Shown here: positions 14,402 through 22,462 of the stretch, piece by piece
Layout: every line of letters begins with the position of its first letter
Position numbering within the stretch: position 1 is the stretch's first letter
Source: a virus
Taxonomy: Duplodnaviria; Caudoviricetes
Reading direction: 5' to 3' (one strand)
Length of the DNA stretch: 42,193 bases
Virus record (IMG/VR): IMGVR_UViG_3300017910_000112
Location: 1 to 42,193 of that record
Notes under the pieces: model-generated
The model's input: the letters and a program-made list of their open reading frames with translations, nothing else
What the model was told of the DNA's origin: nothing
Database searches by the model: none
Program-made: the position numbers and the translations under genes

Positions 14402-14653
14402 ATGTTTAAAACACACAAAGTTAAATTTATAGATTTTTATTCAAAAAGTAATAATGGTTCTTACAGTTGGTTTGAGAACTTTCCAATTCAAGATTGGAAA
14501 GACCAAGAACTACTTGATTACTTTTGGGAGATTACTAAAGTTCAAAGTGAACTAAAACCAAACCCTGTACCCTATCGTGACTTAGTAAATTTAATAGTTG
14601 AAATAGACAGGAGAGGGCTAGTTAATAGTCAACAACATATTAAAAATAAATAA
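14402..14653 (+). CDS. hypothetical early protein
   Basis: 83 aa; GGAG SD. Confidence 0.7.
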   Translation: MFKTHKVKFIDFYSKSNNGSYSWFENFPIQDWKDQELLDYFWEITKVQSELKPNPVPYRDLVNLIVEIDRRGLVNSQQHIKNK

Positions 14654-14676
14654 ATAATCTTTAAAGACTATTTAAG

Positions 14677-14725
14677 ATTATTATTCTAAGTTTGGGGTTG
14701 ACAGGGGTGGTAAACTGTTCGCAGA
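14677..14725 (+). promoter_or_regulatory. 49-bp repeated promoter-like element, copy 2
   Basis: ATTATTATTCTAAGTTTGGGGTTGACAGGGGTGGTAAACTGTTCGCAGA. Confidence 0.65.
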
Positions 14726-14886
14726 CATTGAGGGTTGATAGATTTTTTAACCTTTAAAAATTTCTTAATAGTGCAATTAATAACCGAGAAGCACTCTAAA
14801 AAATAAAGGGATATATTTTTAACTAGACTAGAAGTTGTTTTCTTATCCTTTGACTGAGCAACTTCTAGTCGCAATATGGAGTAATT

Positions 14887-15204
14887 ATGCAGAAAAAAGC
14901 ATATAAAACTAAACATGATTATGATGATTACATAGTCATTGAGAAGGGCACAACGCATAGCTTATTGGCTATGTATTTGATAGATAGAGGTGTGGCTACT
15001 ACAAGAGCTAATGATTTAGCGTTAGCTATAAAATATTGTTGGGGGGCTATCACTCCTCTAGATGATAGGAACTTGAAAGTGTGTTCAGAGCTTCTGCCTG
15101 AAATGTTTACACTAGCTAAGTTCTATAATGATGTTTATGGTGATGGTACTTTTCCATTCCATAGATTTGTTAAAACTATTAAGGAGGTAGAGCATAATGA
15201 TTAA
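14887..15204 (+). CDS. hypothetical early protein
   Basis: 105 aa; GGAG SD. Confidence 0.7.
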   Translation: MQKKAYKTKHDYDDYIVIEKGTTHSLLAMYLIDRGVATTRANDLALAIKYCWGAITPLDDRNLKVCSELLPEMFTLAKFYNDVYGDGTFPFHRFVKTIKEVEHND

Positions 15205-15556
15205 ACATTACTTGGAAGAGGTTCTTGATGGTATCTTAGAAGATGATTTGAGTCTGAGATATACCATTGAGTGTGAGGATATTGTGTTAACAGAGCCGAC
15301 TAGAGATACTAGTCTGTGTCATGGTTCAGTTCCTATTGAGTGTTCTGATGGTGTTAAGTATGAATATTCTGGAGTGAATCAAACTGATGAATCTTACATA
15401 TATATTCTCAGAGGCAATGATAGGATAGGGTGGCTATATTGGATAGCTAGTAATGATGGTGTAGAAAGATTATCCGATTGGACTGTTGCACTAGAAAAAC
15501 TATTTAATATTCATTCTCATGCAGACAACTGGGAAGATAGATACGAACAACTTTAA
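15197..15556 (+). CDS. hypothetical early protein
   Basis: 119 aa; AAGGAGG SD. Confidence 0.7.
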   Translation: MIKHYLEEVLDGILEDDLSLRYTIECEDIVLTEPTRDTSLCHGSVPIECSDGVKYEYSGVNQTDESYIYILRGNDRIGWLYWIASNDGVERLSDWTVALEKLFNIHSHADNWEDRYEQL

Positions 15557-15568
15557 TGGAGGTAAATA

Positions 15569-15997
15569 ATGATAATACTTGATGACTTAAAAGATATAAA
15601 TGCGGTTTATGGCATTTTAGAAAAAATAGGTAGTGAAGTGAATAATTACTATTGGCATAATAATTCAGAGGTTGACTATGAAAGGGCAGGTGAGTTGCAC
15701 AAATTAGAAAAACATTTGATTGAACGTGGCTACATTGATAGTGATTATGATTTGGCTCAACTTACTTATAAGTTTCTTGACTTATATCCGCAGTCCATCA
15801 CAGCACGAGAAAATAATAGACAGTATCATGAAGTTCTAAACAAACTTGATGATAGAGTCAAAAGAGAATTGTTATATTATATTCGCATGACGGAAAAAGA
15901 TACTGGAGAAAGACTGGATAAATCAGTCAAGTTTAATATGGCTTTAGATTGTTTATTAGAACAATATGAATCTTCTGAAGAGGTAGATGATGAATGA
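15569..15997 (+). CDS. hypothetical early protein
   Basis: 142 aa; GGAGG SD. Confidence 0.7.
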   Translation: MIILDDLKDINAVYGILEKIGSEVNNYYWHNNSEVDYERAGELHKLEKHLIERGYIDSDYDLAQLTYKFLDLYPQSITARENNRQYHEVLNKLDDRVKRELLYYIRMTEKDTGERLDKSVKFNMALDCLLEQYESSEEVDDE

Positions 15998-16169
15998 AAT
16001 TAAAGTAACTAAAAAGAACTATTATGGTACAGACTTTTATTACCCCCATAATCCTCAAGCTGAGTTTATCAGAGAGTGTGGTGGTGGTAAGACTATACCG
16101 CTTAGAATTTTAAAGTTAGCTAAAGTAGCAGGTTATACTGTAACTTTAGTTGATGAAGAATTTGAATAA
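15987..16169 (+). CDS. hypothetical early protein
   Basis: 60 aa; KNYYG..FYYP...KT motif. Confidence 0.65.
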   Translation: MMNEIKVTKKNYYGTDFYYPHNPQAEFIRECGGGKTIPLRILKLAKVAGYTVTLVDEEFE

Positions 16170-16282
16170 AGGTTTGACAGTACCTCTAGGTGAAAACTGT
16201 TGTGTTTTTCATAGGTGGTTAGTGTTTAACTCCGTAGGCATTAACCACCGCACTAAACTATACGGAATGGAGATACTATATT

Positions 16283-16501
16283 ATGGCTATACCAAATATA
16301 GAAAAAATAAAAAAGGGCACTCACTTACGAGTTAACAATGGACTGGGCGAATGTAATGCTTATGCATTAGAGTCTATCAAGCAAGGTAAAGGATTCAAAC
16401 AAACTTTGCTTGTTGATATGAAGGCTAGTGAAGTTGGTTTCTTTGATGAGATGGGTAGTATTTATGTAACAGATATAGTGAGGGTTGTTGATGAAAGTTA
16501 A
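16283..16501 (+). CDS. hypothetical early protein
   Basis: 72 aa; 'GFFDEMGSIY'. Confidence 0.7.
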   Translation: MAIPNIEKIKKGTHLRVNNGLGECNAYALESIKQGKGFKQTLLVDMKASEVGFFDEMGSIYVTDIVRVVDES

Positions 16502-16775
16502 AACTCTTTTAGAGATACAAAAAGCTGTTCAAGATAAAAATCTTCCTGCTGATATTGAAGATGAGTTAAATAGGTTTTACGAGTATAATCGCAACAGTGA
16601 TGTTTTTCTTTACTGGTCAAGAAGTAAAAGCGAGTGGGTAAGCATATTTGATATGGATATTATCCATGTAATACGAGCATTAAACCACGAGAGCCAAATA
16701 GAACTTGAAAAGTATAAAGAAAAATTAACTGGAAAGTTGATTGACTACATCAAGGATTATAACTTTGATAGTTAG
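16491..16775 (+). CDS. hypothetical early protein
   Basis: ATG 16491; operon packing. Confidence 0.6.
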   Translation: MKVKTLLEIQKAVQDKNLPADIEDELNRFYEYNRNSDVFLYWSRSKSEWVSIFDMDIIHVIRALNHESQIELEKYKEKLTGKLIDYIKDYNFDS

Positions 16776-16959
16776 ATTTTATAACGCTTACGAATTACGC
16801 AATGTACCCGCAGGACATAGATACTTTCGTGTGGGTACAGTTGGTTATAAGTGGGTAAAGATTAAGGAATCTCATGCTCCACATTGGAAAAGAATATCTT
16901 TGAAGAAGTGGCAAGAGATACAACAACTAAAAACTTTTAAAATTATTAGAGAGGACTAA
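16741..16959 (+). CDS. hypothetical early protein
   Basis: Up to 72 aa; 'VGYKWVKI'; start uncertain. Confidence 0.55.
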   Translation: MTTSRIITLIVRFYNAYELRNVPAGHRYFRVGTVGYKWVKIKESHAPHWKRISLKKWQEIQQLKTFKIIRED

Positions 16960-17372
16960 TGGAAACACTAGAAACTATTAAAAAAACTGACTGCTACAAT
17001 GAAAGAAAAGCATATAGTAAGGCAAACCCAGATGACAAAAGACATAATGAGTTTACTGACCTTATAGATGATTTCATTGAAGTAGCTTTACACATGAAAC
17101 ACATTCACGATATGAATATTAAACGTGAAAGAGGTAAACTTGAATTTGATAGTTATGTACAAATTTATGGTTTGGATTATCAGGATACTGGAGTTATGCA
17201 AAAACAGAAGACAGGCACTTTTATAAATTGGGAAGATGAATCAAAAAGGGCTTACGGTCTTTCTTATGGAAGGTTTTTCAGAGATGTATTTCATGCAATC
17301 TTTGAAGGCAACATTTCGCATGACGAAATAGTACCCATGATTGAAGAAAGAGATATGTGGTGGAACTGTTAA
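16959..17372 (+). CDS. hypothetical early protein
   Basis: 137 aa; TAATG coupling. Confidence 0.7.
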   Translation: METLETIKKTDCYNERKAYSKANPDDKRHNEFTDLIDDFIEVALHMKHIHDMNIKRERGKLEFDSYVQIYGLDYQDTGVMQKQKTGTFINWEDESKRAYGLSYGRFFRDVFHAIFEGNISHDEIVPMIEERDMWWNC

Positions 17373-17382
17373 AGGAGGTAAT

Positions 17383-17637
17383 ATGATATATATAGACGAA
17401 CAAGCTATCGAAGAAGGAGTTAAAGCTAAAGAAATACTAAGTGAAACAGAGGATATTATCTACGACTTATGTGACTTAGATTACGAACAAGGCGAGATGA
17501 AACTTCGAGAAGGAGTTACAGTTGAAGACTTCATAAGTGGTATAAGTATGGCATTATGTGGCTATGCTAGTAAATGGGAATCGTGTCGAAGATTAAAACT
17601 ACTAGAGAGGAGGAAGCATGAGAAAACATCAGCATAA
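17383..17637 (+). CDS. hypothetical early protein
   Basis: ATG 17383 after AAGGAGG; 84 aa. Confidence 0.65.
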   Translation: MIYIDEQAIEEGVKAKEILSETEDIIYDLCDLDYEQGEMKLREGVTVEDFISGISMALCGYASKWESCRRLKLLERRKHEKTSA

Positions 17638-17833
17638 ACAAAAATTTAGTTGGTACGATACCACTACTTACATAATGTTTGAAGAGGATAACAGGGGTTA
17701 CATATATGGAATCGCTGAGTGGTTTGGTTGCCCTAACTTAGATGAAATGTTAGAAGACCAGTCAGACTCTGTGTGTTGGTCTTGGTTTAAAACCGAAGAA
17801 GAAAGAGATAAAACATATGAGGAAATAATATGA
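17618..17833 (+). CDS. hypothetical early protein
   Basis: 71 aa; 'WFKTEEERDK'. Confidence 0.65.
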   Translation: MRKHQHKQKFSWYDTTTYIMFEEDNRGYIYGIAEWFGCPNLDEMLEDQSDSVCWSWFKTEEERDKTYEEII

Positions 17834-17967
17834 CGAATGGAGTTTTATTATTATTCTGCATAGTTGTTTTTAGCTTTGCAGTTCTGACATTATTTTTTAT
17901 AGAGCCACATCAAGAAAAGAAATTTGATAAGCAAGGTGTGGTAAAATATAACGACAATGATTATTAG
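17830..17967 (+). CDS. small membrane protein (45 aa)
   Basis: Not in track; ATGA overlap; hydrophobic N-terminus MTNGVLLLFCIVVFSFAVLTLFF. Confidence 0.55.
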   Translation: MTNGVLLLFCIVVFSFAVLTLFFIEPHQEKKFDKQGVVKYNDNDY

Positions 17968-17978
17968 GAGATATAATA

Positions 17979-18200
17979 ATGACTAAATTTAAAATTGAAA
18001 TGGTTGAAGAAATCTACAATGAATATGAAGTTGAGGCTAATACCATTGAAGAGGCAAAAAGTTTAATAATAGAAAATACTTTAGAACATGGAAAAGTTAC
18101 ACGACCACTAACTTATAAAATATCACCATGTAATAAAGTTAAAAGAATTAATCACGATATTGATGATTTAAAATTCTTTTACAATAATGAGGAGATATAA
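17979..18200 (+). CDS. hypothetical early protein
   Basis: 73 aa; 'EVEANTIEEA'; AGGAG SD. Confidence 0.65.
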   Translation: MTKFKIEMVEEIYNEYEVEANTIEEAKSLIIENTLEHGKVTRPLTYKISPCNKVKRINHDIDDLKFFYNNEEI

Positions 18201-18201
18201 T

Positions 18202-18414
18202 ATGGCAAAACTTTTATTTGATAAATATGTTGAGTATAAAAATGTTCCTATTCAATGTTTTAGTTTAGAAGCTAATGAAAAACATAAATATTATATGGCT
18301 ATGTTAGATATGTTTAATCCTGTTTATTGCAAACATTTATATCAAGCAAAAATGATGATTGATTATTATGAAAAACGAGGTTTATTAATAGAGGTAGAAG
18401 ATGACTCAATATAA
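18202..18414 (+). CDS. hypothetical early protein
   Basis: ATG 18202 after GAGGAG. Confidence 0.6.
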   Translation: MAKLLFDKYVEYKNVPIQCFSLEANEKHKYYMAMLDMFNPVYCKHLYQAKMMIDYYEKRGLLIEVEDDSI

Positions 18415-18586
18415 AAAAGAAGTTGATGAGCAAAGACAACGCTTGAGATTTGAGGAGGCAGACGATAACCTAGTATATTATTACTGGGAGGCAGGAGGTT
18501 TTCGCAGATACAAGTATGAATCTGGAAAGATTATTGAAACAGTAGATGACCAAGTAACTTTAGTAACTTATGAAAAGGAGGTGTAA
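18401..18586 (+). CDS. hypothetical early protein
   Basis: 61 aa; GAGG SD. Confidence 0.6.
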   Translation: MTQYKKEVDEQRQRLRFEEADDNLVYYYWEAGGFRRYKYESGKIIETVDDQVTLVTYEKEV

Positions 18587-18771
18587 TGAAAGACTTTACT
18601 ATTGAAAATCAGGGCACACTTGTTTTGTTTACTATGCACACAGATGAGGCAAAGCAATGGTGGGAAAGAAATGTTGATAGCAATTGTATACAATGGGGCA
18701 ACAGTTATGTTGTTGAGCATAGGTATGCACAAGCTATCATTGATGGCTTATACGCAGGAGTAGACTTATGA
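18586..18771 (+). CDS. hypothetical early protein
   Basis: 61 aa; AAGGAGG SD; 'WG..YVVEHRY'. Confidence 0.65.
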   Translation: MKDFTIENQGTLVLFTMHTDEAKQWWERNVDSNCIQWGNSYVVEHRYAQAIIDGLYAGVDL

Positions 18772-18902
18772 GTATGACTATGAAAGAACATCTAATAATG
18801 ATGGAGAAAATTAGAAGGGCACAAGACCCCGACAAAGCAGTAACAACTAAAACAATCAGAACCAAAAAGAGGGTAATCAATGGACGAAAAACAATTTGCT
18901 GA
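18768..18902 (+). CDS. hypothetical protein (44 aa)
   Basis: Not in track; ATGA overlap; AGGAG SD. Confidence 0.5.
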   Translation: MSMTMKEHLIMMEKIRRAQDPDKAVTTKTIRTKKRVINGRKTIC

Positions 18903-19059
18903 ATTTATACAGGTATTTCAAAACAGCATGGATTTAGTAATAAACAAGCTAATTGAGATAGATGGTAAGATAAAACTTTTACAGGAACATAATGAAGAGA
19001 TGGAACGCATATCTGACATGATGTTCAAAGATGAAAATAAAGATATTAAATTAAATTAA
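18880..19059 (+). CDS. hypothetical protein (59 aa)
   Basis: Not in track; MDEKQFAEFIQVFQNSMDLVINKLIEIDGKIK... Confidence 0.55.
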   Translation: MDEKQFAEFIQVFQNSMDLVINKLIEIDGKIKLLQEHNEEMERISDMMFKDENKDIKLN

Positions 19060-19074
19060 TTATAGAGAGGGCTT

Positions 19075-19785
19075 ATGACTAATTTACTAACAATCAATGG
19101 TAATCCTAAAGTTATCAAAGGCGATAAATTAAATACTGAATGGCAAAGTGCTATCATGCATTTACACCCAAGCAGTACTAGGATTTGTCCTTATCAAGAC
19201 ATTGCTAAATGTAAAGACGCTTGTCTAAATACTTCTGGTCGTGGTGGTATCTTCAAGAAAGGTGAAACTACCAATGTAATACAAGAAGCTCGTAAGCGTA
19301 GAACTAATATGTTCTTGGACACTCCTGATTTATTTATGGAGCAGTTGTACACAGAGATTCTAAAGTTTGAGAACAAGTGCAAACGAGAAGGTAAACAACC
19401 TTGTGTCAGACTTAATGGTACTTCAGATATCCAATGGGAACATCACGAACTCGAAGGTGTCAATGTGTTTGATACTTTTCCAGAGATACAGTTTTATGAC
19501 TATACTAAAATCCCTACAAGGAAAGTTAGTCACATAAAGAATTATCACTTAACTTGGTCGTACTCAGAAGCTAATAAAAAATATGCTTCTTGGTTTGACA
19601 AGGTGAGTTATAATATCGCTGTCGTGTTTAGTCACGCATTGCCGATGTGGTATAAAAACCGCAGGGTAATAGATGGGGACGAATACGACATGCGATTTCT
19701 TGATGAGCCAAATGTAGTAGTAGGCTTGTCAGCAAAAGGTAAAGCTAAGAAGGATACTTCTGGCTTTGTAATATCAATTAACTAA
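19075..19785 (+). CDS. GP88-like Cys-rich protein
   Basis: CP-x5-C-x3-CL..SGRG, VRLNGTSDI, FYDYTK, IDGDEYDMRFLD. Confidence 0.7.
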   Translation: MTNLLTINGNPKVIKGDKLNTEWQSAIMHLHPSSTRICPYQDIAKCKDACLNTSGRGGIFKKGETTNVIQEARKRRTNMFLDTPDLFMEQLYTEILKFENKCKREGKQPCVRLNGTSDIQWEHHELEGVNVFDTFPEIQFYDYTKIPTRKVSHIKNYHLTWSYSEANKKYASWFDKVSYNIAVVFSHALPMWYKNRRVIDGDEYDMRFLDEPNVVVGLSAKGKAKKDTSGFVISIN

Positions 19786-19788
19786 ACT

Positions 19789-20118
19789 ATGAGGAAACTT
19801 ATGATAAACTTTTTTAAACAATTATTTTCTACTAACCCAGATGCCAAAGAAGAAGAAAATTTTAATCTTACTTATTTAGATTCTAGGCTAGAAGAAATAA
19901 ATAATAAACTAGATGATACTGAATACAGAATAGATGATTTAGAAGGTAAAGACTTCGATGACATTGAGTACAGAATAGAAAACTTAGAAGGTAGAGACTT
20001 CGATGACATTGAGTACAGAATAGAAAACTTAGAGGGTCAGGACTTTTACAGCCTTGAGGAAAAAGTAGAAGACCTAGAAGAGACTATTAAAAAACTATTA
20101 AAGAAGGAGGTAGCGTGA
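19789..20118 (+). CDS. acidic coiled-coil protein with 14-aa tandem repeats
   Basis: (D)IEYRIENLEG(K/R/Q)DF x3. Confidence 0.7.
   Translation: MRKLMINFFKQLFSTNPDAKEEENFNLTYLDSRLEEINNKLDDTEYRIDDLEGKDFDDIEYRIENLEGRDFDDIEYRIENLEGQDFYSLEEKVEDLEETIKKLLKKEVA
19921..20046 (+). repeat. 42-bp tandem repeat x3 (in frame)
   Basis: GAGTACAGAATAGAAAACTTAGAAGGTAGAGACTTCGATGACATT-type unit. Confidence 0.85.
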
Positions 20119-20357
20119 GCCACGAAGCTAATGACATGATGGCAGATACTATCAGAGATGGAGTAGCTGACATTTGGATGTTACCTAATAGACCAGACTT
20201 AGAAAACGATTGTGTTGAGTATATTTATAATTACTATATTGACTCTGAACAAGGTGTACCTTCTGGGCATATTTCAACAATGGTAATAGAGTTTCTATCT
20301 AAACTTTGTAGTGACGCAATTTCGTCACAAGATATAGAATACATGGAGAAAAAATAA
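20115..20357 (+). CDS. hypothetical protein
   Basis: GTG start; AAGGAGG SD. Confidence 0.65.
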   Translation: MSHEANDMMADTIRDGVADIWMLPNRPDLENDCVEYIYNYYIDSEQGVPSGHISTMVIEFLSKLCSDAISSQDIEYMEKK

Positions 20358-20358
20358 T

Positions 20359-20493
20359 ATGTATAAACCAAGAGTAACTGTTGGCAGTATCCCTTATGAT
20401 GAGGAGATACTGTGCGACATATGTAGAGAAAAGAAAGCTACACTAAGACATAGTAATATCTTTAGTTGTGATGAGTGTTTGACTCGTGTCTAA
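20359..20493 (+). CDS. small zinc-finger protein (44 aa)
   Basis: Not in track; CDIC...CDEC. Confidence 0.6.
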   Translation: MYKPRVTVGSIPYDEEILCDICREKKATLRHSNIFSCDECLTRV

Positions 20494-20632
20494 GCATAAA
20501 GTATATATTGGTAATGTTCTCGTAGGAGAAATAGAAGACCAGACTAAAGAAGAAATAATAGAAGTTCTTTTAGATAACTCTAAAAAGTTTGTTGAAGATA
20601 TGTTAAGTGAAGGAGTAATTTATATTGAATAA
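20486..20632 (+). CDS. hypothetical protein (48 aa)
   Basis: Not in track; GTG start; fills the gap between neighbours. Confidence 0.45.
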   Translation: MSKHKVYIGNVLVGEIEDQTKEEIIEVLLDNSKKFVEDMLSEGVIYIE

Positions 20633-20888
20633 CAGAAAGGTAAAACAGCTAAAAACTAGAATAAGAAAAATACAGTTTCAATGGTTGAAGACTTTGCTTC
20701 CAGAAGAGAATGCAAAGGAATTAACTATGGATAAGGTTGAGGCTATGTTGCCCGACCAAACACATGTACGCAGTATCGCCAGAACTAATCTGTCTTTTAT
20801 GACAGATAGATGGGTTTTAAAAATGTTGAAGCGATATCCAGATGTACATACTTACAAAGAATTACAGGAGAAAATAAATAATGTTTGA
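20625..20888 (+). CDS. hypothetical protein
   Basis: 87 aa; AAGGAG SD; TTG start. Confidence 0.65.
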   Translation: MNNRKVKQLKTRIRKIQFQWLKTLLPEENAKELTMDKVEAMLPDQTHVRSIARTNLSFMTDRWVLKMLKRYPDVHTYKELQEKINNV

Positions 20889-21138
20889 ATTTATATGCGA
20901 GGTTGTTATTGATGATAGCCGAGAAGAAATAAAAACTTATGCAGAAAATGTTTATGAATGTATAGATAACTTAGCATGTATGCCTAGCGTAAATCATGTA
21001 ATAACTATTACTAGGGTTGAGCCAGAACACAAATGGAGTTTTGCCGGTGATATACAAAAGCTAAGAAGCATAAGAAGTAAAATAACAGACCAAGAACTAG
21101 TACAACAATTATTACAGGGATTGAACATTGGCGATTAA
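20881..21138 (+). CDS. hypothetical protein
   Basis: 85 aa; AGGAG SD. Confidence 0.65.
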   Translation: MFEFICEVVIDDSREEIKTYAENVYECIDNLACMPSVNHVITITRVEPEHKWSFAGDIQKLRSIRSKITDQELVQQLLQGLNIGD

Positions 21139-21283
21139 AAGAGAAATAAAAATAATTAATCATGTTAAGAAAAGCACATCTCAGGGTAGAGGTGGTAGAG
21201 GTAGACGAGTTAAGATATCTACTAAACACATGAATAAAAATAAAAGAAAAAGCTACAAAGAGTATCGAGGTCAGGGCAGATGA
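21128..21283 (+). CDS. basic microprotein ending YRGQGR (51 aa)
   Basis: Not in track; MAIKREIKIINHVKKSTSQGRGGRGRRVKISTKHMNKNKRKSYKEYRGQGR. Confidence 0.7.
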   Translation: MAIKREIKIINHVKKSTSQGRGGRGRRVKISTKHMNKNKRKSYKEYRGQGR

Positions 21284-21546
21284 CTTGTGTTTGTCATTTA
21301 AAGAAAGCTGTCTTGATAGATAAAGAAGACAATAAATATTATGTGTATGGTTCTTTAGCGGAGGTTGAGGCATTTGCTTCTAAAGTAAAAGCTACTAGCA
21401 AAAGATATATAAATCATGTAGCACCAAGTATGATGATGAGAAACTTTAAATATATAGGTGGAGGCAACAACCCCACTAATCATGAAACATCAACTAGAGA
21501 AATGAATTATCGTTTAAATAAAATAGTTGTAAAAGAAAAATGGTAA
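21280..21546 (+). CDS. hypothetical protein
   Basis: 88 aa; ATGA overlap. Confidence 0.6.
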   Translation: MTCVCHLKKAVLIDKEDNKYYVYGSLAEVEAFASKVKATSKRYINHVAPSMMMRNFKYIGGGNNPTNHETSTREMNYRLNKIVVKEKW

Positions 21547-21712
21547 TGATAGAATTATTTGAAATGGAAGAAAGATATGGTAAGCCGAGCAATCAAGTCA
21601 CGAAGCCCTCTATCTCCATTCAAAAGATTTGGTTTGGTATAACCAAGGCTTTGAGAGTGGTCTGCTCAAAACTCTCACAAACATTAATAAGCTTAAATGG
21701 AGGTAAATCACT

Positions 21713-22129
21713 ATGGCTATATTAAATGGAATCGCCAAATGGGCGAGTATAACGACTCCTAACACAAAGTTTGAGCCAGTCTATACAGTTGACTTGATAG
21801 TTGACCAAAAGATTGCTGATGACTTTGCGTCAAGAGGTCATAAAGTAAAGCAACATGACGAAGGTCCTGCTTTAGTAATTAAGAGAAAGGTGAATGGTCC
21901 TAATGGTATGACCAGACCTGCACCTAGACTTTTAAATACTGACAAGCAAGAGATTAATGTTGCTGTTGGTAATGGCTCTAAAGTTAGAGTTCAGTTTAAT
22001 GAGTATAGTGGCGAGGGTAAGTATGGTCCTTATCAAGGGCTTGACCTACAAGCTGTACAAGTTACTGATTTAGTAGAATATAAATCTGCTGATGGCGAAG
22101 AGTTATTATCTGATGGTGAGGAGTTTTAA
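21713..22129 (+). CDS. single-stranded DNA-binding protein (T7 gp2.5-like)
   Basis: VGNGSKVRV and LQAVQV motifs; acidic tail ending in Phe. Confidence 0.8.
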   Translation: MAILNGIAKWASITTPNTKFEPVYTVDLIVDQKIADDFASRGHKVKQHDEGPALVIKRKVNGPNGMTRPAPRLLNTDKQEINVAVGNGSKVRVQFNEYSGEGKYGPYQGLDLQAVQVTDLVEYKSADGEELLSDGEEF

Positions 22130-22387
22130 ATGATTATCACTGTCAAGAAAGATGATGGCGAGTTAGTCTATGATGTTAATAAGATTGCTGACGAGGGCAA
22201 ACAGAACGAAGCCCGAGTTATCATATCTAAGGTTGGCAGTTTAGATATCGTCACCGAAGCTTTGAGTTTTGCGTCTGCTACTCATAGAGCTAATCTAGAA
22301 AGATTGCTTGAAGATAGTTCAGAGGCAATGGTTGAGGCTGAGATAGAGTCTGAAACTAAAACAATAGAAGAAGACTCTACCTCATAA
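22130..22387 (+). CDS. hypothetical acidic protein
   Basis: 85 aa; GAGGAG SD. Confidence 0.65.
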   Translation: MIITVKKDDGELVYDVNKIADEGKQNEARVIISKVGSLDIVTEALSFASATHRANLERLLEDSSEAMVEAEIESETKTIEEDSTS

Positions 22388-22462
22388 TTTAGTTAAATTT
22401 AGCTAGGCTAGGTTTTTTTCCTTTTTTATTTACCCTAGTCTAGCTATCTATTTGGAGATAGA

